From assembly GCF_001194135.2 (NCBI RefSeq), contig NC_068983.1, positions 30,137,161 through 30,188,883 of the forward strand: a DNA stretch of 51,723 bases. Direction: 5' to 3'. The number at the start of each line of letters is the position of its first letter. Position 1 is the stretch's first letter. This stretch comes from Octopus bimaculoides (Eukaryota). A model generated the notes under the pieces. It saw nothing but the letters and a program-made list of their open reading frames with translations, was not told the origin of the DNA and did no database searches. Below, piece by piece: positions 34,657 through 47,326 of the stretch. The position numbers and the translations under genes are program-made.

Positions 34657-34780
34657 CCCTTAGCAAATATTTCATTAATTTTCGCATCCACTACAAAAGC
34701 AATATCACTTTTGAAGATGTAAAGGCCAGTTTTCTAATTAATCTTTTTTTAAAAAATTTGAACCTTAAACAGTTTTGTAG

Positions 34781-34996
34781 AATAATCTTTTCTACTCTAG
34801 GCACAATGCCCGAAATTTTGGGGGAGGGGACTAGTCGATTAGATCGAACCAAATACGTAACTGGTACTTAATTTATCGACCCCCAAAAGGATGAAAGCAA
34901 AGTCGACCTCGGCGGAATTTGAACCTAGAACGTAAAGACAGACGAAATACTGCTAAGCATTTCGCCTGGTGTGCTAACGTTTCTGCCAGCTCGCCG
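34781..34996 (-). mobile_element. Family-A SINE
   Basis: Reverse complement of the head, central block and AGTAGAAAAGATTATT tail. Confidence 0.88.
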
Positions 34997-35546
34997 ACTA
35001 GCTTTGTAGAATGATAAAGCTTTAATGTGTACTTAATAACATAAACAAATTTTTTAAAAGAGTAAGTTAATTTCATTCTGAAAATTCATCAAGTATGCTC
35101 GTGCATAATATTGAAAATCCGTAGTAATCCATCACTACATTGGTGACGTGTAAGTTTTGCTGAAGAAGTTTAATACGATCAAAACATGCAGACTTTTCTC
35201 TTGTGCTTATCGAAATGATTAAGGTGACAGTAGTCATCGAGTTAATACCTCTACTCACCTCTTAAGTGTTTATTAACTATGTTTTTATTGCTTACTATAT
35301 TACGTATTTTAGCATTAACTGAACTACATTTCAAGTAAGTTTCTTTCAGTTACAGCACCAAACAAGATTTTGTCTATTTCGTCGCGAGATATATCGCATG
35401 ACAAGTTGAATTACAAAGAATATGTGTTAACATATTTATTATATGGTGCATTGAAAAGCTACATGAAAATAATGCGCCGAGAGAAACAAAACAAAACTAA
35501 TGAAAGCAATCTACAATATTTCTCCAAGTAATAGTTTGTAAATGAG

Positions 35547-35752
35547 AAGGCGGTGAGCTAGCAGAATCGTTAGTACTTAGCGGCATTTTGTCCGTCGTTG
35601 CGTTCTGAGTTCACATTCCGTCGAGGTCGACTTTGTCTTACATCCCTTTTAACTTCGATAAAATAAGTACCAGTTGAACACCGGGGTCGATGTAATCGAC
35701 TTATCACCTCCCCCGAAATTGTGGGCCATGTGCCAAAATTTGAAATCAATAT
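35547..35752 (+). mobile_element. Family-A SINE, 12-bp TSD
   Basis: TSD TTTGTAAATGAG at 35535-35546 and 35753-35764. Confidence 0.9.
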
Positions 35753-36195
35753 TTTGTAAATGAGTTTAGCGTTAACATATACAATGTATGGTGTATTGTA
35801 AAACTTGATAAATATGATGTGAAAAGAAATATATAAAAAAAAGATCTAATTTCATTGTTGTATTTCGGGATTATTTTATTCTTTTATTTGTTGCATTCCT
35901 TAGACTGCGGTCATGCTGGAGCACCGCCTTTAATTGTGCATGTGTTGTATGTGTGTGAAAATGTATGCGCGTGAGTGTGTATGTGTATATTTAACTGAAG
36001 ATTGTTAGAAATCATGAAAGTACTTATAAAAATGTTAAAATACAAAAATAAAACGTAGAAATCAAACTATGCTGGAATTTGAGGAGTATTTAATAGATTA
36101 TTCATAAATGCTTACTAATAATCTAAATACATAAAATACCGGTGGCAATAGTAATAATTATTGTAGCAGCAGTAAAAGTACGCATATGTATGAAC

Positions 36196-36617
36196 AGGCG
36201 TAGGAGTGGCTGTGTGGTAAGTAGCTTGCTGACCAACCACATGGTTCCGGGTTCAGTCCCACTGCGTGGCACCTTGGGCAAGTGTCTTCTACTAAAGCCT
36301 CGGGCCGACCAAAGCCTTGTGAGAGGATTTGGTAGACGGAAACTGAAAGAAGCCCGTCCTATATATGTATATATATATGTATGTGTGTGTATATGTTTGT
36401 GTGTCTGTTTGTCTCCCCCAACATCGCTTGACAACCGATGCTGTTGTGTTTACGTCCCTGTAATATAGCGGTTTGGCAAAATAGACCGATAGAATAAGTA
36501 CTAGGCTTCCAAAGAATAAGTCCTGGGGTCGATTTGCTCGACTAAAAAGGCGGTGCTCCAGCATGGCCACAGTCAAATGACTGAAACACGTACAAGAGTA
36601 AAGAGAGTAAAAGAGAG
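36196..36617 (+). mobile_element. Family-B (CORE-like) SINE, full length with internal TA/TG microsatellite
   Basis: tRNA-like head, GGCACCTTGGGCAAGTGTCTT block and (AAGAG)-type tail. Confidence 0.9.
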
Positions 36618-37334
36618 TCTATACCGAGTGTATGCATACCTACATGCATACATACTTATACATACATACATACATACATACATACATACATACACACGTA
36701 TATACTAGTCTTCTCGATCCGCTGTGTGTAGGCAGCCAAAGCTGTGGCACTTTACTGTTCTGGTTTCTCTATGCAATTAAAATCTAATTGTTGCATCAAG
36801 ATCCAAGATATCAATCTAAAGAAACTTATAAATATCTTTATACTAAAGACTCATATTAAAATATCTGAAACGTCGAGATGAAATCTGACATGGTGTTTCC
36901 TCTTTTTTTTTGCCTATTTTTCATTGGTTCCAACCGAAAAGTCAGAATCAATCAAATCCTTTGAAAGATCAGTTTTGAGAAGTTGACGTAAATTGTGTTG
37001 TTCCAGAAGAATTGTTTTTCGGCATTCGGTTCCTGTAGCTATTGCAGACTTTGCCAAATAATAGCTTGGCATAAATATGCATAGTTAAAGATATTGGTAG
37101 AATGACATCTATTCATCTATTCATATATTCATTTATTCAACAGGAAAATATGCGTATGTAGGCTAACAGTCTTTTAAGAATCTTGCGTAACGTCAGAACA
37201 TTACATCATATAAACTTTTCACAATGCCAAAACAACTGCAACAGCAACAACAACATCAAAATCAACAAAAAATCTCGACAAGAAAAATAATTTCTTCACG
37301 ATCTACCGACAGCATTATATATGTATGTATATAG

Positions 37335-37372
<38 letters not shown>

Positions 37373-37942
37373 TATCGTGTCATAACCCAGAATGATGGAT
37401 TAGCTGAATCAGTAGAACGTCGGAAAATGCCTTCTGGTATTTTATTACGTTCTTAAATCCAGTCCCGTCAAGGTCAACTTTGCCTTTCATTCTTTCATTC
37501 TTCCTGGGTCAGTAAAATTCTCAGTAAAATAAGTACTTGTCAAGTACTGCCCCGTTTCCTCTCAATTTACGGCTTTTGGGCCAACGTTTGGCCAGCGAGG
37601 GAGCTTTTAGAATGTAGCTTAACTTGCTAGAAAAGGCAGAGAATTCTCCCTCAGTAAGGAAACGACACATTGGATAATGTAGTCATAGATATTCCCTAAA
37701 AGGCGGAATGGTTACGACTGGAATGCTTTCGATCGTATGTTTGCTTGAACAACGTTGATTTGGTGTTAAAAGACAACGACAGCCATTAACATGGAGTGAA
37801 CGTCTGTTGTTTTGGTGGTCCTTAAGTTTCAGTTTCAAAAACCTAAAAGTAATGATATTTTAAATATAAATTGTTAAACAGAGAATTGCAGAAGCATTCG
37901 AAAAGTCCTTAATTTAATTAAGAAAGACATATGATGTAATTA

Positions 37943-38203
37943 AAATAAAATAAATGCGCGCTTTTAAAGCCTAGCCAGGCTCATGGGCCCCGTTTCCCGG
38001 TTTCAATGGCGTATTTGTTCCCCAGCTGGTCGGGACGCCAGTCGATCGCAGCGTTACTCATTTTTGCCAGCTAAGTGGACTGGAGCAACGTGAAATGAAG
38101 TGTTTTGCTCAAGAACACAACGCGTCGCCCGGTCCAGGAATCGAAACCACAATCTTACGATTATGATGTTGAACACCATAACCACTAAGCCACGCGCCTC
38201 CAC
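37943..38203 (-). mobile_element. Family-C-headed SINE with an alternative 3' tail ending (TTTTA)n, 10-bp TSD
   Basis: TSD GATGTAATTA at 37933-37942 and 38204-38213. Confidence 0.9.
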
Positions 38204-38526
38204 GATGTAATTACAGAAGTACCTAAAATATTTTTATTTTGCCGTTTCTGGGTTTTGCAATGAAACTGAAATTTTGCTTTTTATGTTTCAAATTTCAAGT
38301 GTAACGTGCTTTTACTGTTTAATTAATAATTAAAATTTCGGCAGACGGCTATATACACAGCACTATTTCGTCACTCATAAGATAGAGAGAAACACAGGGA
38401 TAGTTGGGCTTGTTAACAGAAGAGCATACTACAAATCCAGTATGATTTTACTTTGTATGCTGTGTAGGGACCGGCATATCAAAAAATAGAAGCAACGTTT
38501 CTTCTACGTGTCGTAAAAGGCGACCG

Positions 38527-38805
38527 TGAAGGCGCGTGGTTTAGTGGTTAGGGCATTCGGCTCGCGATTGTAAGGTCGTGAGTTCAATTCCCGGCGACGC
38601 GTTGTGTCTTTGAACAAGACACTTTATTTCACGTTGCTCCAGTCCACTCAGCTGGCAAAAATGAGTTGTACCCGTATTTCAAACGGCCAGTCTTGTCACA
38701 CTCTATGTCACGCTGAGTCTCCCTGAGAACTACGTTAGGGTTACACGTGTCTGTGGATTGCTCAGTCACTTGCACGTTAATTTTCACGAGCAAGCTGTTC
38801 CGTTG
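38527..38805 (+). mobile_element. Family-C SINE running into a gap
   Basis: Same head as 37943-38203. The 3' body matches 21480-21580. Confidence 0.88.
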
Positions 38806-39543
38806 NNNNNNNNNNNNNNNNNNNNNNNNNNNNNNNNNNNNNNNNNNNNNNNNNNNNNNNNNNNNNNNNNNNNNNNNNNNNNNNNNNNNNNNNNNNNNNN
38901 NNNNNNNNNNNNNNNNNNNNNNNNNNNNNNNNNNNNNNNNNNNNNNNNNNNNNNNNNNNNNNNNNNNNNNNNNNNNNNNNNNNNNNNNNNNNNNNNNNNN
39001 NNNNNNNNNNNNNNNNNNNNNNNNNNNNNNNNNNNNNNNNNNNNNNNNNNNNNNNNNNNNNNNNNNNNNNNNNNNNNNNNNNNNNNNNNNNNNNNNNNNN
39101 NNNNNNNNNNNNNNNNNNNNNNNNNNNNNNNNNNNNNNNNNNNNNNNNNNNNNNNNNNNNNNNNNNNNNNNNNNNNNNNNNNNNNNNNNNNNNNNNNNNN
39201 NNNNNNNNNNNNNNNNNNNNNNNNNNNNNNNNNNNNNNNNNNNNNNNNNNNNNNNNNNNNNNNNNNNNNNNNNNNNNNNNNNNNNNNNNNNNNNNNNNNN
39301 NNNNNNNNNNNNNNNNNNNNNNNNNNNNNNNNNNNNNNNNNNNNNNNNNNNNNNNNNNNNNNNNNNNNNNNNNNNNNNNNNNNNNNNNNNNNNNNNNNNN
39401 NNNNNNNNNNNNNNNNNNNNNNNNNNNNNNNNNNNNNNNNNNNNNNNNNNNNNNNNNNNNNNNNNNNNNNNNNNNNNNNNNNNNNNNNNNNNNNNNNNNN
39501 NNNNNNNNNNNNNNNNNNNNNNNNNNNNNNNNNNNNNNNNNNN
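38806..39543. other. Assembly gap (N)
   Basis: 738 N. Confidence 1.
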
Positions 39544-39559
39544 TTGTGTATACAAATTT

Positions 39560-39790
39560 AATTTGCGGTCCATGGGAAGAGCCGTTTTAACGATGCGTCC
39601 TGCCCAGCTCTTCGAAACGCCGGTGTTAAAACGGGGGTAGCTGATGAAGTAGAATGTTCTCTGTGTGGCTTGTGTGTTTTCACGTCTACGTTTTGTTTGC
39701 AATGTCCTGTACCCAGATATGCACCTATACATACAGGTGGATGTCGGTATGCACATACCTGTACGTATATATGCATATACTCATTTACTA
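39560..39790 (+). mobile_element. Family-D dispersed repeat
   Basis: Homologous to 6520-6700. Confidence 0.7.
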
Positions 39791-39791
39791 T

Positions 39792-39828
<37 letters not shown>

Positions 39829-39832
39829 TAAG

Positions 39833-39867
<35 letters not shown>

Positions 39868-39925
39868 CTGTGTGTGTGTGTGTGTGTCTGTGTTCATGTG
39901 TGCAAGTGTGTCTGAGCATATGTGG

Positions 39926-39991
<66 letters not shown>

Positions 39992-40067
39992 TTATGTATG
40001 TATGTATGTGTGTGTGTTTGCATGCATAGACACATATATGTATGTACACGTATATATGCATACACAT

Positions 40068-40098
<31 letters not shown>

Positions 40099-40380
40099 TA
40101 TAAATGTACATATACATCTATATATGCACACACATACTTGTATATATATATATGCGTGTATAAGTGTATGTGTATCTATATATACACGAACACGTGTGCT
40201 TACACATATGTATATACGTACATATATGCATCTTTGTATAAGTATGTGTGTGTATGCTTACAGACATACATACTCCCACGCATTCATATATACATATATA
40301 TATGCTTTCTCTCTTTATTTATATATATACACACACACACACACATACACACATGGATATGTATATATATATATGAGGCT
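39791..40380 (+). repeat. Compound TA/CA/TG microsatellite
   Basis: Directly visible. Confidence 0.95.
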
Positions 40381-40861
40381 ACGTCTGTTCTTATTTTTCT
40401 TTCTCTCTTCCACTTCTTTATTCTCCGCCTCTTTCGACAAATACATAGGTGCACTCACATCCACACACATGCACATATATGTATAAGTATACTCGTTCTG
40501 GAGCAAGAGATTATATAAAGAATTCAATAATAGACTATTATACATATAATATATTGAATAATGATTTAGCTATATAACAGCTGATGTTTCTGAGAGATCG
40601 TAATACATCTACGTTATTATATATTATCCCCAAAATAATATAAGTACATGAAAAGTAACAAGGAATAATAAAGCGGGAATATAAAAAAATAGTAACTAAA
40701 TGCGGAAGTTCACTGCCTTATTTCAATTAACTTTATTTGTTAGCGGATTTATAAGATCGATATGTAACTTCAGAATTTAATTCTTTTACATTCATATATC
40801 TTTTTTTTTTTTTGCGATTTTACTGTCGCATATTACATTTCTATTGATATTCGATCAGTAA

Positions 40862-41180
40862 AGGCGGGAAGTTGGCAGAATCGTCAATGTGTCAGACAAA
40901 ATGCTTGGCGGTATTTCCTCCGCCTTTTTACGTTCTGGATTCAAACTCTGCCGTGATCAACTTTGCTTTGCGTCCTGTTGGGTCTGTAAAATAATTACCA
41001 ATTGAGCAACAGGGTTTATACGTTCGAAATATCTACTTTAAAATTGTTGGTCTTGTTCCACAATTTGAACCCATATAAAAGCAGCGAGCTGACAGAATCG
41101 TTAGAACGTCTGACTAATAGTGCTGTTTTTGCTCATTTAGTTCCGAGTCATGTACTGGGATTAATGCAATCTATTTACCT
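40862..41180 (+). mobile_element. Two adjacent degenerate family-A SINEs
   Basis: Heads at about 40862 and 41082. Confidence 0.65.
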
Positions 41181-41532
41181 CCTTCCCCAAATTACTACGT
41201 AATCGTGATTTGCTGTATTCTGTATGTTACGCAGCTTTTCTCTAGTTCTTGGATCTGAATGAACGTTTGTGTTGTGTGTATATGATTTTAAAAGTGCTTC
41301 CGTTTAACCTGATATACATCTTTATTGTGCTGACTACTGGTTTGTAACTCTGTGTTATATAGTATTTCTTTTGGACATTTTCTATCCAGAAGACAACTAG
41401 TCATGTGTCTAAAATTACATACGGGTTGGATTGTTTCTCTGGTGTACATAGATTTTATATTGTGGCTATAGAGTTGCGATCATATATTCCAAATGCAGCC
41501 ATATTTAGCCTTAACGAATATTACATATTCTG

Positions 41533-41578
<46 letters not shown>

Positions 41579-42302
41579 TAAGTATACGAATATAAATTTA
41601 TACATACATATATTTACATTTATATGTGTATATAGGCATATATATGTGTGTTTGTGTGTGTCTGTACATCATCTGTTTTTCCCTCAATTAATCTATTTTG
41701 TACATTAGCGAGACAAGCATTAAACGTATATATCTGCTGATTAATTATTTATAATAAACAAAATCCATCATTTAAGAGTTCGTCCTGTTACCTTCTGAGA
41801 AATCAAGAGTTTTAAATTCCTCTTTCAAGTTTCCAAGTACATAAGCTCCTATTTTCACCTCTTCCTTCTCCTCTTCTTCGATCTTCATTCTCTACACTTC
41901 ATCTTCCTCCTTCTCCTTCTGGTTGTGGTTAGTTAACTTGCAAATGAGGGTTTCCTTGACACAATATCACAAATCTTTAAGAGAGGATTATGTTTGATTG
42001 AATCGACACCAATACATGCCTGATATTCATATCATCAGCTTCAGAAGAATGGCAGGTAAGATCAATCTCAATATATTGAAACTTAGAGCTCAGAATATAA
42101 AGGGACGTAACATATTCATACATAAAAATACGACAGGGACCACAAAGTTTATATATGTAAATTTTACATTAATCTGAGGGATTACTCTATAGTTTTGTAG
42201 AGTACCAAATTTATTATTCTTAAACAAGAATATTATTGACAGCGTCTTCAAAGTTTTGACCAGTTAAGCCATCGTCGTTCGATATATATATATGTATATA
42301 TG

Positions 42303-42368
<66 letters not shown>

Positions 42369-42387
42369 TATGTGCATGTGTGTCTTT

Positions 42388-42590
42388 ATGTTCGTGCTTG
42401 ACTCCACCGTCTCTTGACAACCGATATTGCTTTGTTTACGTTTCCGTAACTTGGCGATTCGGCAAAAGAGACCCACAGAATTAGCACCAGACTTGGATAA
42501 TAAAAAAGCGATTTTCTCGACTAAGCACTTAATGGTGGTGTTCCAGCATGGTCGCACTTCAATGACTGCAGAAAGTAAACGATAAAAAAA
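42388..42590 (+). mobile_element. Family-B SINE 3' half
   Basis: CTTGACAACCGAT...TTCCAGCATGGTCGCAC tail homologous to 36420-36600. Confidence 0.7.
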
Positions 42591-43330
42591 AAAAAAAGAA
42601 TCGAACAATCCTATGCTACGTCAGAAGAATATCATTATTTACATTACGAAGGATAAGTGCTGGTCTAAATGTTTCAATGTAAATATTAGAGAGACTGGAC
42701 GTAGAAGATTAATCTAAATGATTTGTCTATTGACAAATTTGTTTCTTTTATTATCTTTCTGTGGCTTTACTATACATGCTTTTCTGTTTTTTGTTTGTTT
42801 ATTTGCGTTGTTTTTTTTACATTTTAAGCTTTAGTGCTACGTCATCTTGGTTCTTTATCAAGTCTTTGCCTTTGAAATCCCTGAATAGCACACATAATAA
42901 TACACCTTTATGTGTTTTCAATGGGTATATTTATAATGACAGATGCAGCAGATGACCGAATTGATAGGCCACCAAACAACGAAGCAACAGTCCAGAGTTT
43001 GTATCTTGTAATAGGATACTGTAGATCAGAAGTTCGTATCCGGAAGTTCGTAACGCATTCGAACTAAATTTAAGAATCTATACTTGAGAATAGAGGTGGT
43101 ATTAAGTGGCAAGGAAAGTTAGAAACAGTGAAATATTTCAACGATGTAACATTACTGGTATTGAAGCTTTTCTAATGAAGATAATTTAGATGGGCATGGC
43201 ACTTGGTTCGAATGAAAGATATAGGCTCCCCAAACAGCTGTTCTGTTAGTTTTGGAACAGCAAACGCTCTGTTCGTAATCCTTTCTTACATTACATAGAT
43301 AAACTTAAAGAATAACTTCAACTGTTGTAA

Positions 43331-43537
43331 TATTGGTTTCAAATTTTGGCACAAGCCCAGCAATTTCAAGGGATTGAGTAAGTCAATTGCTTCGATCCCA
43401 GTTCTCAACTGTTATCGACCCAGAAAGGATAAAAAGGAAAGTCGACTTCGGCGGAATTTGAACTCAGAACGTAAAGACGGACGATAAGCTGTTAAGCATT
43501 TTGCACGGTATGCTAACGATTCTGCCAGCTAGTCCCC
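43331..43537 (-). mobile_element. Family-A SINE
   Basis: Reverse complement of the head, central block and tail. Confidence 0.85.
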
Positions 43538-43599
43538 TTATCAAGAATTGTAATATTGATCTTGATGAAAAACAAAATAAATGGAATACAACGTGTTTC

Positions 43600-43790
43600 A
43601 TTAGCTTAAAACAGTTTGAATTGAGTAGATGGAAATATCGTGATCAACTTCATATGGATCTCAAGCAGAGTCACCAACAAAAACCTGCTTCAAATGATTT
43701 CTTTTGTAGTCATTTTGAATTCGTAGCACGCAACAAGGTAGAGCTCGCTTCTCACAACAGAAAGTTTAAACCTACTCAAGATCACCAGTC
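43600..43790 (+). mobile_element. Possible RTE-clade LINE 3' ORF remnant
   Basis: FFCSHFEFVARNKVELASHNRK resembles the C-x2-C...GL-x-SH-x-R terminal zinc-finger-like motif of RTE ORFs. The second Cys is lost. Confidence 0.4.
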
Positions 43791-44282
43791 AGTACCTTGA
43801 AATGCTCAACTCAAGATCAAAACAAAGTACCAAATTGCAGAACCTTCATCTGTCGTTCACAACAAAAGAAACCACCATATATGGGTGGTAGACTTTCTGT
43901 CGCCTGTTTAAACATCATAATCTGGATTTGGAATACTTTTAGCCAAGTCCACTCTCTTGAGATAATTCACTCAAACTAGGTGTCCAGTTTGAGGATAACT
44001 TTCACCCTTCCTCCTACCACTCTCGGAGATTCTGAAAGGGCCCATGGACACTGCATCTCACATTCCTAAGTAACCTAATAAAAACAAAACAAAAAGAACC
44101 AAAAATTGTAGTAAATATCACCTTGGTGTCGATGACTTTCTGTAATATTAGTACTATAGTTGATTCATAGTTCACGTCGGTTCACTTGAGACGTCAAATA
44201 CCTTGCCGAAAGCAAGAATGTTGCCAACTCACATTTGCCTCGCGCGTTTGTGTATTCTCTCTCTCACTCACCCACCCACCCA

Positions 44283-44545
44283 NNNNNNNNNNNNNNNNNN
44301 NNNNNNNNNNNNNNNNNNNNNNNNNNNNNNNNNNNNNNNNNNNNNNNNNNNNNNNNNNNNNNNNNNNNNNNNNNNNNNNNNNNNNNNNNNNNNNNNNNNN
44401 NNNNNNNNNNNNNNNNNNNNNNNNNNNNNNNNNNNNNNNNNNNNNNNNNNNNNNNNNNNNNNNNNNNNNNNNNNNNNNNNNNNNNNNNNNNNNNNNNNNN
44501 NNNNNNNNNNNNNNNNNNNNNNNNNNNNNNNNNNNNNNNNNNNNN
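44283..44545. other. Assembly gap (N)
   Basis: 263 N. Confidence 1.
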
Positions 44546-44619
44546 CCCCACACACACACTCACTCACACACACACTCACTTGCATATGGGTACATAAACT
44601 ATTTTTCCTTTTACACATG

Positions 44620-44795
44620 TTGGTTTCAAATTTTGGCACATGGGCTGCAGTGCTCAATTGGTACTTATTGTATCGACCCCGAAAGGTTGAAAGGCGGAAT
44701 TTAAACTCAAAACGCAAAGACAGACGAAATGTCCTAAGCATTTTGCCCGGCGTTTTGTCCTAAACACTTCGCTAATGATTCTGCCAGCTCACCAC
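44620..44795 (-). mobile_element. Family-A SINE, degenerate
   Basis: Reverse complement of the head and central block. Confidence 0.75.
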
Positions 44796-44954
44796 ACTTT
44801 TCTATATATGCTCTCTCCATAAATGTAAAGCAATCTCATATCTTTACAACCAGTAACAAATAAACCACCGTAAGGGTCTCAAGACTGTCACTCGATCAGA
44901 CACGAAATAGCAACCAAATCTTCCGCAAATCACACTTGACAGTCTTTAAAAAGC

Positions 44955-45271
44955 TGACACTCCGTCGGTTACGACGATGAGGGTTCCAGTTGATTCGATC
45001 AACGGAACATCCTGATCTTCAAGTTAACGTGCAAGTGACTGAGGACTCCACTGACATGCATACCCTTAACGTAGTTCTCAAGAAGACTCAGCATGACAGA
45101 ATATGACAAAGTTGGTCCTTTGAAATACAGGTATTGCTCATTTTTGTCAGCTGAGTGGACTAGAGAAACTAGAAATAAAAGTGACATGCTCACGGACACA
45201 ACGAGATGCTAGGAATCGAACTCACGTCAGTATGATCACAAGGCGAATACTCTAAAAATCAAGCCACGCAC
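44955..45271 (-). mobile_element. Family-C SINE
   Basis: GACACTCCGTCGGTTACGACGATGAGGGTTCCAG tail (reverse complement of 21585-21622) through to the AAGCCACGCACC head. Confidence 0.85.
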
Positions 45272-45320
45272 CATCACTGCATTCTCAGAAGGAAGATATA
45301 TTAGAAGTACTTCTAGATAT

Positions 45321-46260
45321 TTAAGAGATGAGGAATCTCTACACGATCGCTACTTATATACTTTGTACGATGTTTTAAGACATCGTGCAAAGTATATAAG
45401 TAGCAACCGTGATACAGACCACGGAAAAATGATCAAGCTCAATAACGATCTGTTAAGCAACAACTATCCCAAAAGTATACTATCCACTCCAATTATGAAG
45501 AAGAGAGAGGATGAGGCCAAAAAACTGTCCACAGTCTGTCTACCCTATGTGAAAGGCCCCCTCCGAAAAGATACAAAAGATATGCGGCCCATATGACATC
45601 AGGACAGTATTCAAGAGTAATACAAAATTTCGCAAATATCTCCTTCGAGTAAAACCACCAATAGAAGAGAATATGACCAAAGACTGCGTGTACTCCATGC
45701 CATGCAGCTGTGGTAGGCTATACAAGGGCGAAACATATTACCCCCTCAAAATAAGGGTAGACGAATATCGCAAAGCTGTGACACGAGGAGATATTGATAA
45801 ATCAAGTATAGCTGATCCTGTATAGAAAAATGGAGACCACCTCCCTCTGTGGGATGAAGTTAAAATAATAGATAGAGAACACCACTGGAAAATACGAAAA
45901 CTAAAAGAAGCAGCACATATACTAGGACACAACAACCTCCTAAGCAGACCAAGTGCAGATATGAGTAGCATATGGGAACCGGTATTAAGGTAGGATAGAA
46001 AAATATTAAATTTATAAGCCCTAAAATTCACTCCATAATTGCCCATGGCGTAGTGATTAAGAGCGCGGGCTACTAACCCCAAAATTCCGAGTTCGATTCC
46101 AAGCAGTGACCTGAACAATGATAATAATAATATCATAAAGAAATACCTTAGGAATGAGAACCCAGGTTCGAAATTTCCCCAAGAAGGTTGGAGAGTATAT
46201 CAGCCGAAACGTTGTGTTAACAACAAAGATGAGGACAAATATCCGTCGAATGTAAATAAT
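45321..46260 (+). mobile_element. 5'-truncated Penelope-like retroelement (P3) with a fold-back 5' end and a tRNA-headed 3' unit
   Basis: 14-bp TSD GTACTTCTAGATAT at 45307-45320 and 46261-46274. Order: inverted tail fragment 45321-45336, 32-bp hairpin, ORF remnant, tRNA-like head at about 46043-46116, hammerhead tail with a core deletion. Confidence 0.9.
45378..46017 (+). pseudogene. PLE RT thumb/linker and GIY-YIG endonuclease remnant
   Basis: HRAKYIS...LSNNYPKS...CLPYVKG, a +1 frameshift, then SEKIQKICGPYDIRTVFKS...DCVYSMPCSCGRLYKGET...KIRVDEY...RKLKEAAHI. In-frame stops at 45823 and 45991. Confidence 0.9.
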
Positions 46261-46639
46261 GTACTTCTAGATATATTATGTCTGAAAATGTCGGGATGGC
46301 CATATTGGGAATGTCATCTGATAATATTACTGATATGTATTCAATCTGTTCGAAAAGTAAAGTAAAAAACGTAAAGATGCTTAGTGAGAGAGAGAGGGAG
46401 AGATAGAGAGAGAAGACTCGAGATATAAAAATGAAAACTCTTTGGAAGAAGAACGAAAACGGAGATGGCAATGTGTTTGAGTTGAAATATGATAGAGAAC
46501 AGGAAAAAATAATTTTGAATAAGGGGAAGTATGGTAGATAGGGTGAAGTAGAGGGACGTATAGAGTTGGGGTGGTGGGGAGACAGGAAGAGGAATGGGAA
46601 GAGAAGATAGAGCGGAAGAGCAGAGTGAGAAAGAGACTG

Positions 46640-46860
46640 TAAGTTAGAATTGAAGATGATGATGATGGTGGTGATGGAGGTGATGATGATGATGATAATG
46701 ATTGTGGTTGAGGTGATGGTATTCATGGTGGCAGCGGCAGTGGTGATGATGATGAAGGGAAAGAAGAAAAAGAATATGAATAATGATAATGAGGAAGAAG
46801 GAGGAAGAGGAGGAGATGAAGATGAAGAAGAAGAAGAAGAAGAAGACGAAGAAGACGTGT
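46640..46860 (+). repeat. (GAT/GGT/GAA) trinucleotide tract
   Basis: Directly visible. Confidence 0.92.
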
Positions 46861-46957
46861 TGAAAGAATTATAGCATCAAACGGGGTAAAAGTGACGGTG
46901 AACGAAAATATGAAAAGTTGTAACAAAATGTATGTATGTATGTAATCCCTTACTACT

Positions 46958-46990
<33 letters not shown>

Positions 46991-47290
46991 ATACACATAT
47001 ATATATATATAATATATATAATACATATATACATATATACACACACTCACGCGCACAAGCATTATATATATATGTACGTATGAATATGTATATTTGTATG
47101 TAAATTTGTATATATATATATGTATATGCATATACGTATGTGTATGTATGTGTGTGAGTGTGAGTGTGTGGAAAGAATGCACAAAAACGCGTCGTTTTGT
47201 GTTCCGATCCGACTGCACCATTTTGTGTAAATGTTTCAGAGATATTTAATCCACGAGGATATGACCCTGCACAAACACGTTCGCCTCCCC

Positions 47291-47326
<36 letters not shown>

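Noticed and set aside
40581-40615. Other CTGATG/GAAAC words as hammerheads (also 42030 and 50567)
   Set aside because: No stem II/GAAA/stem I arrangement could be built.
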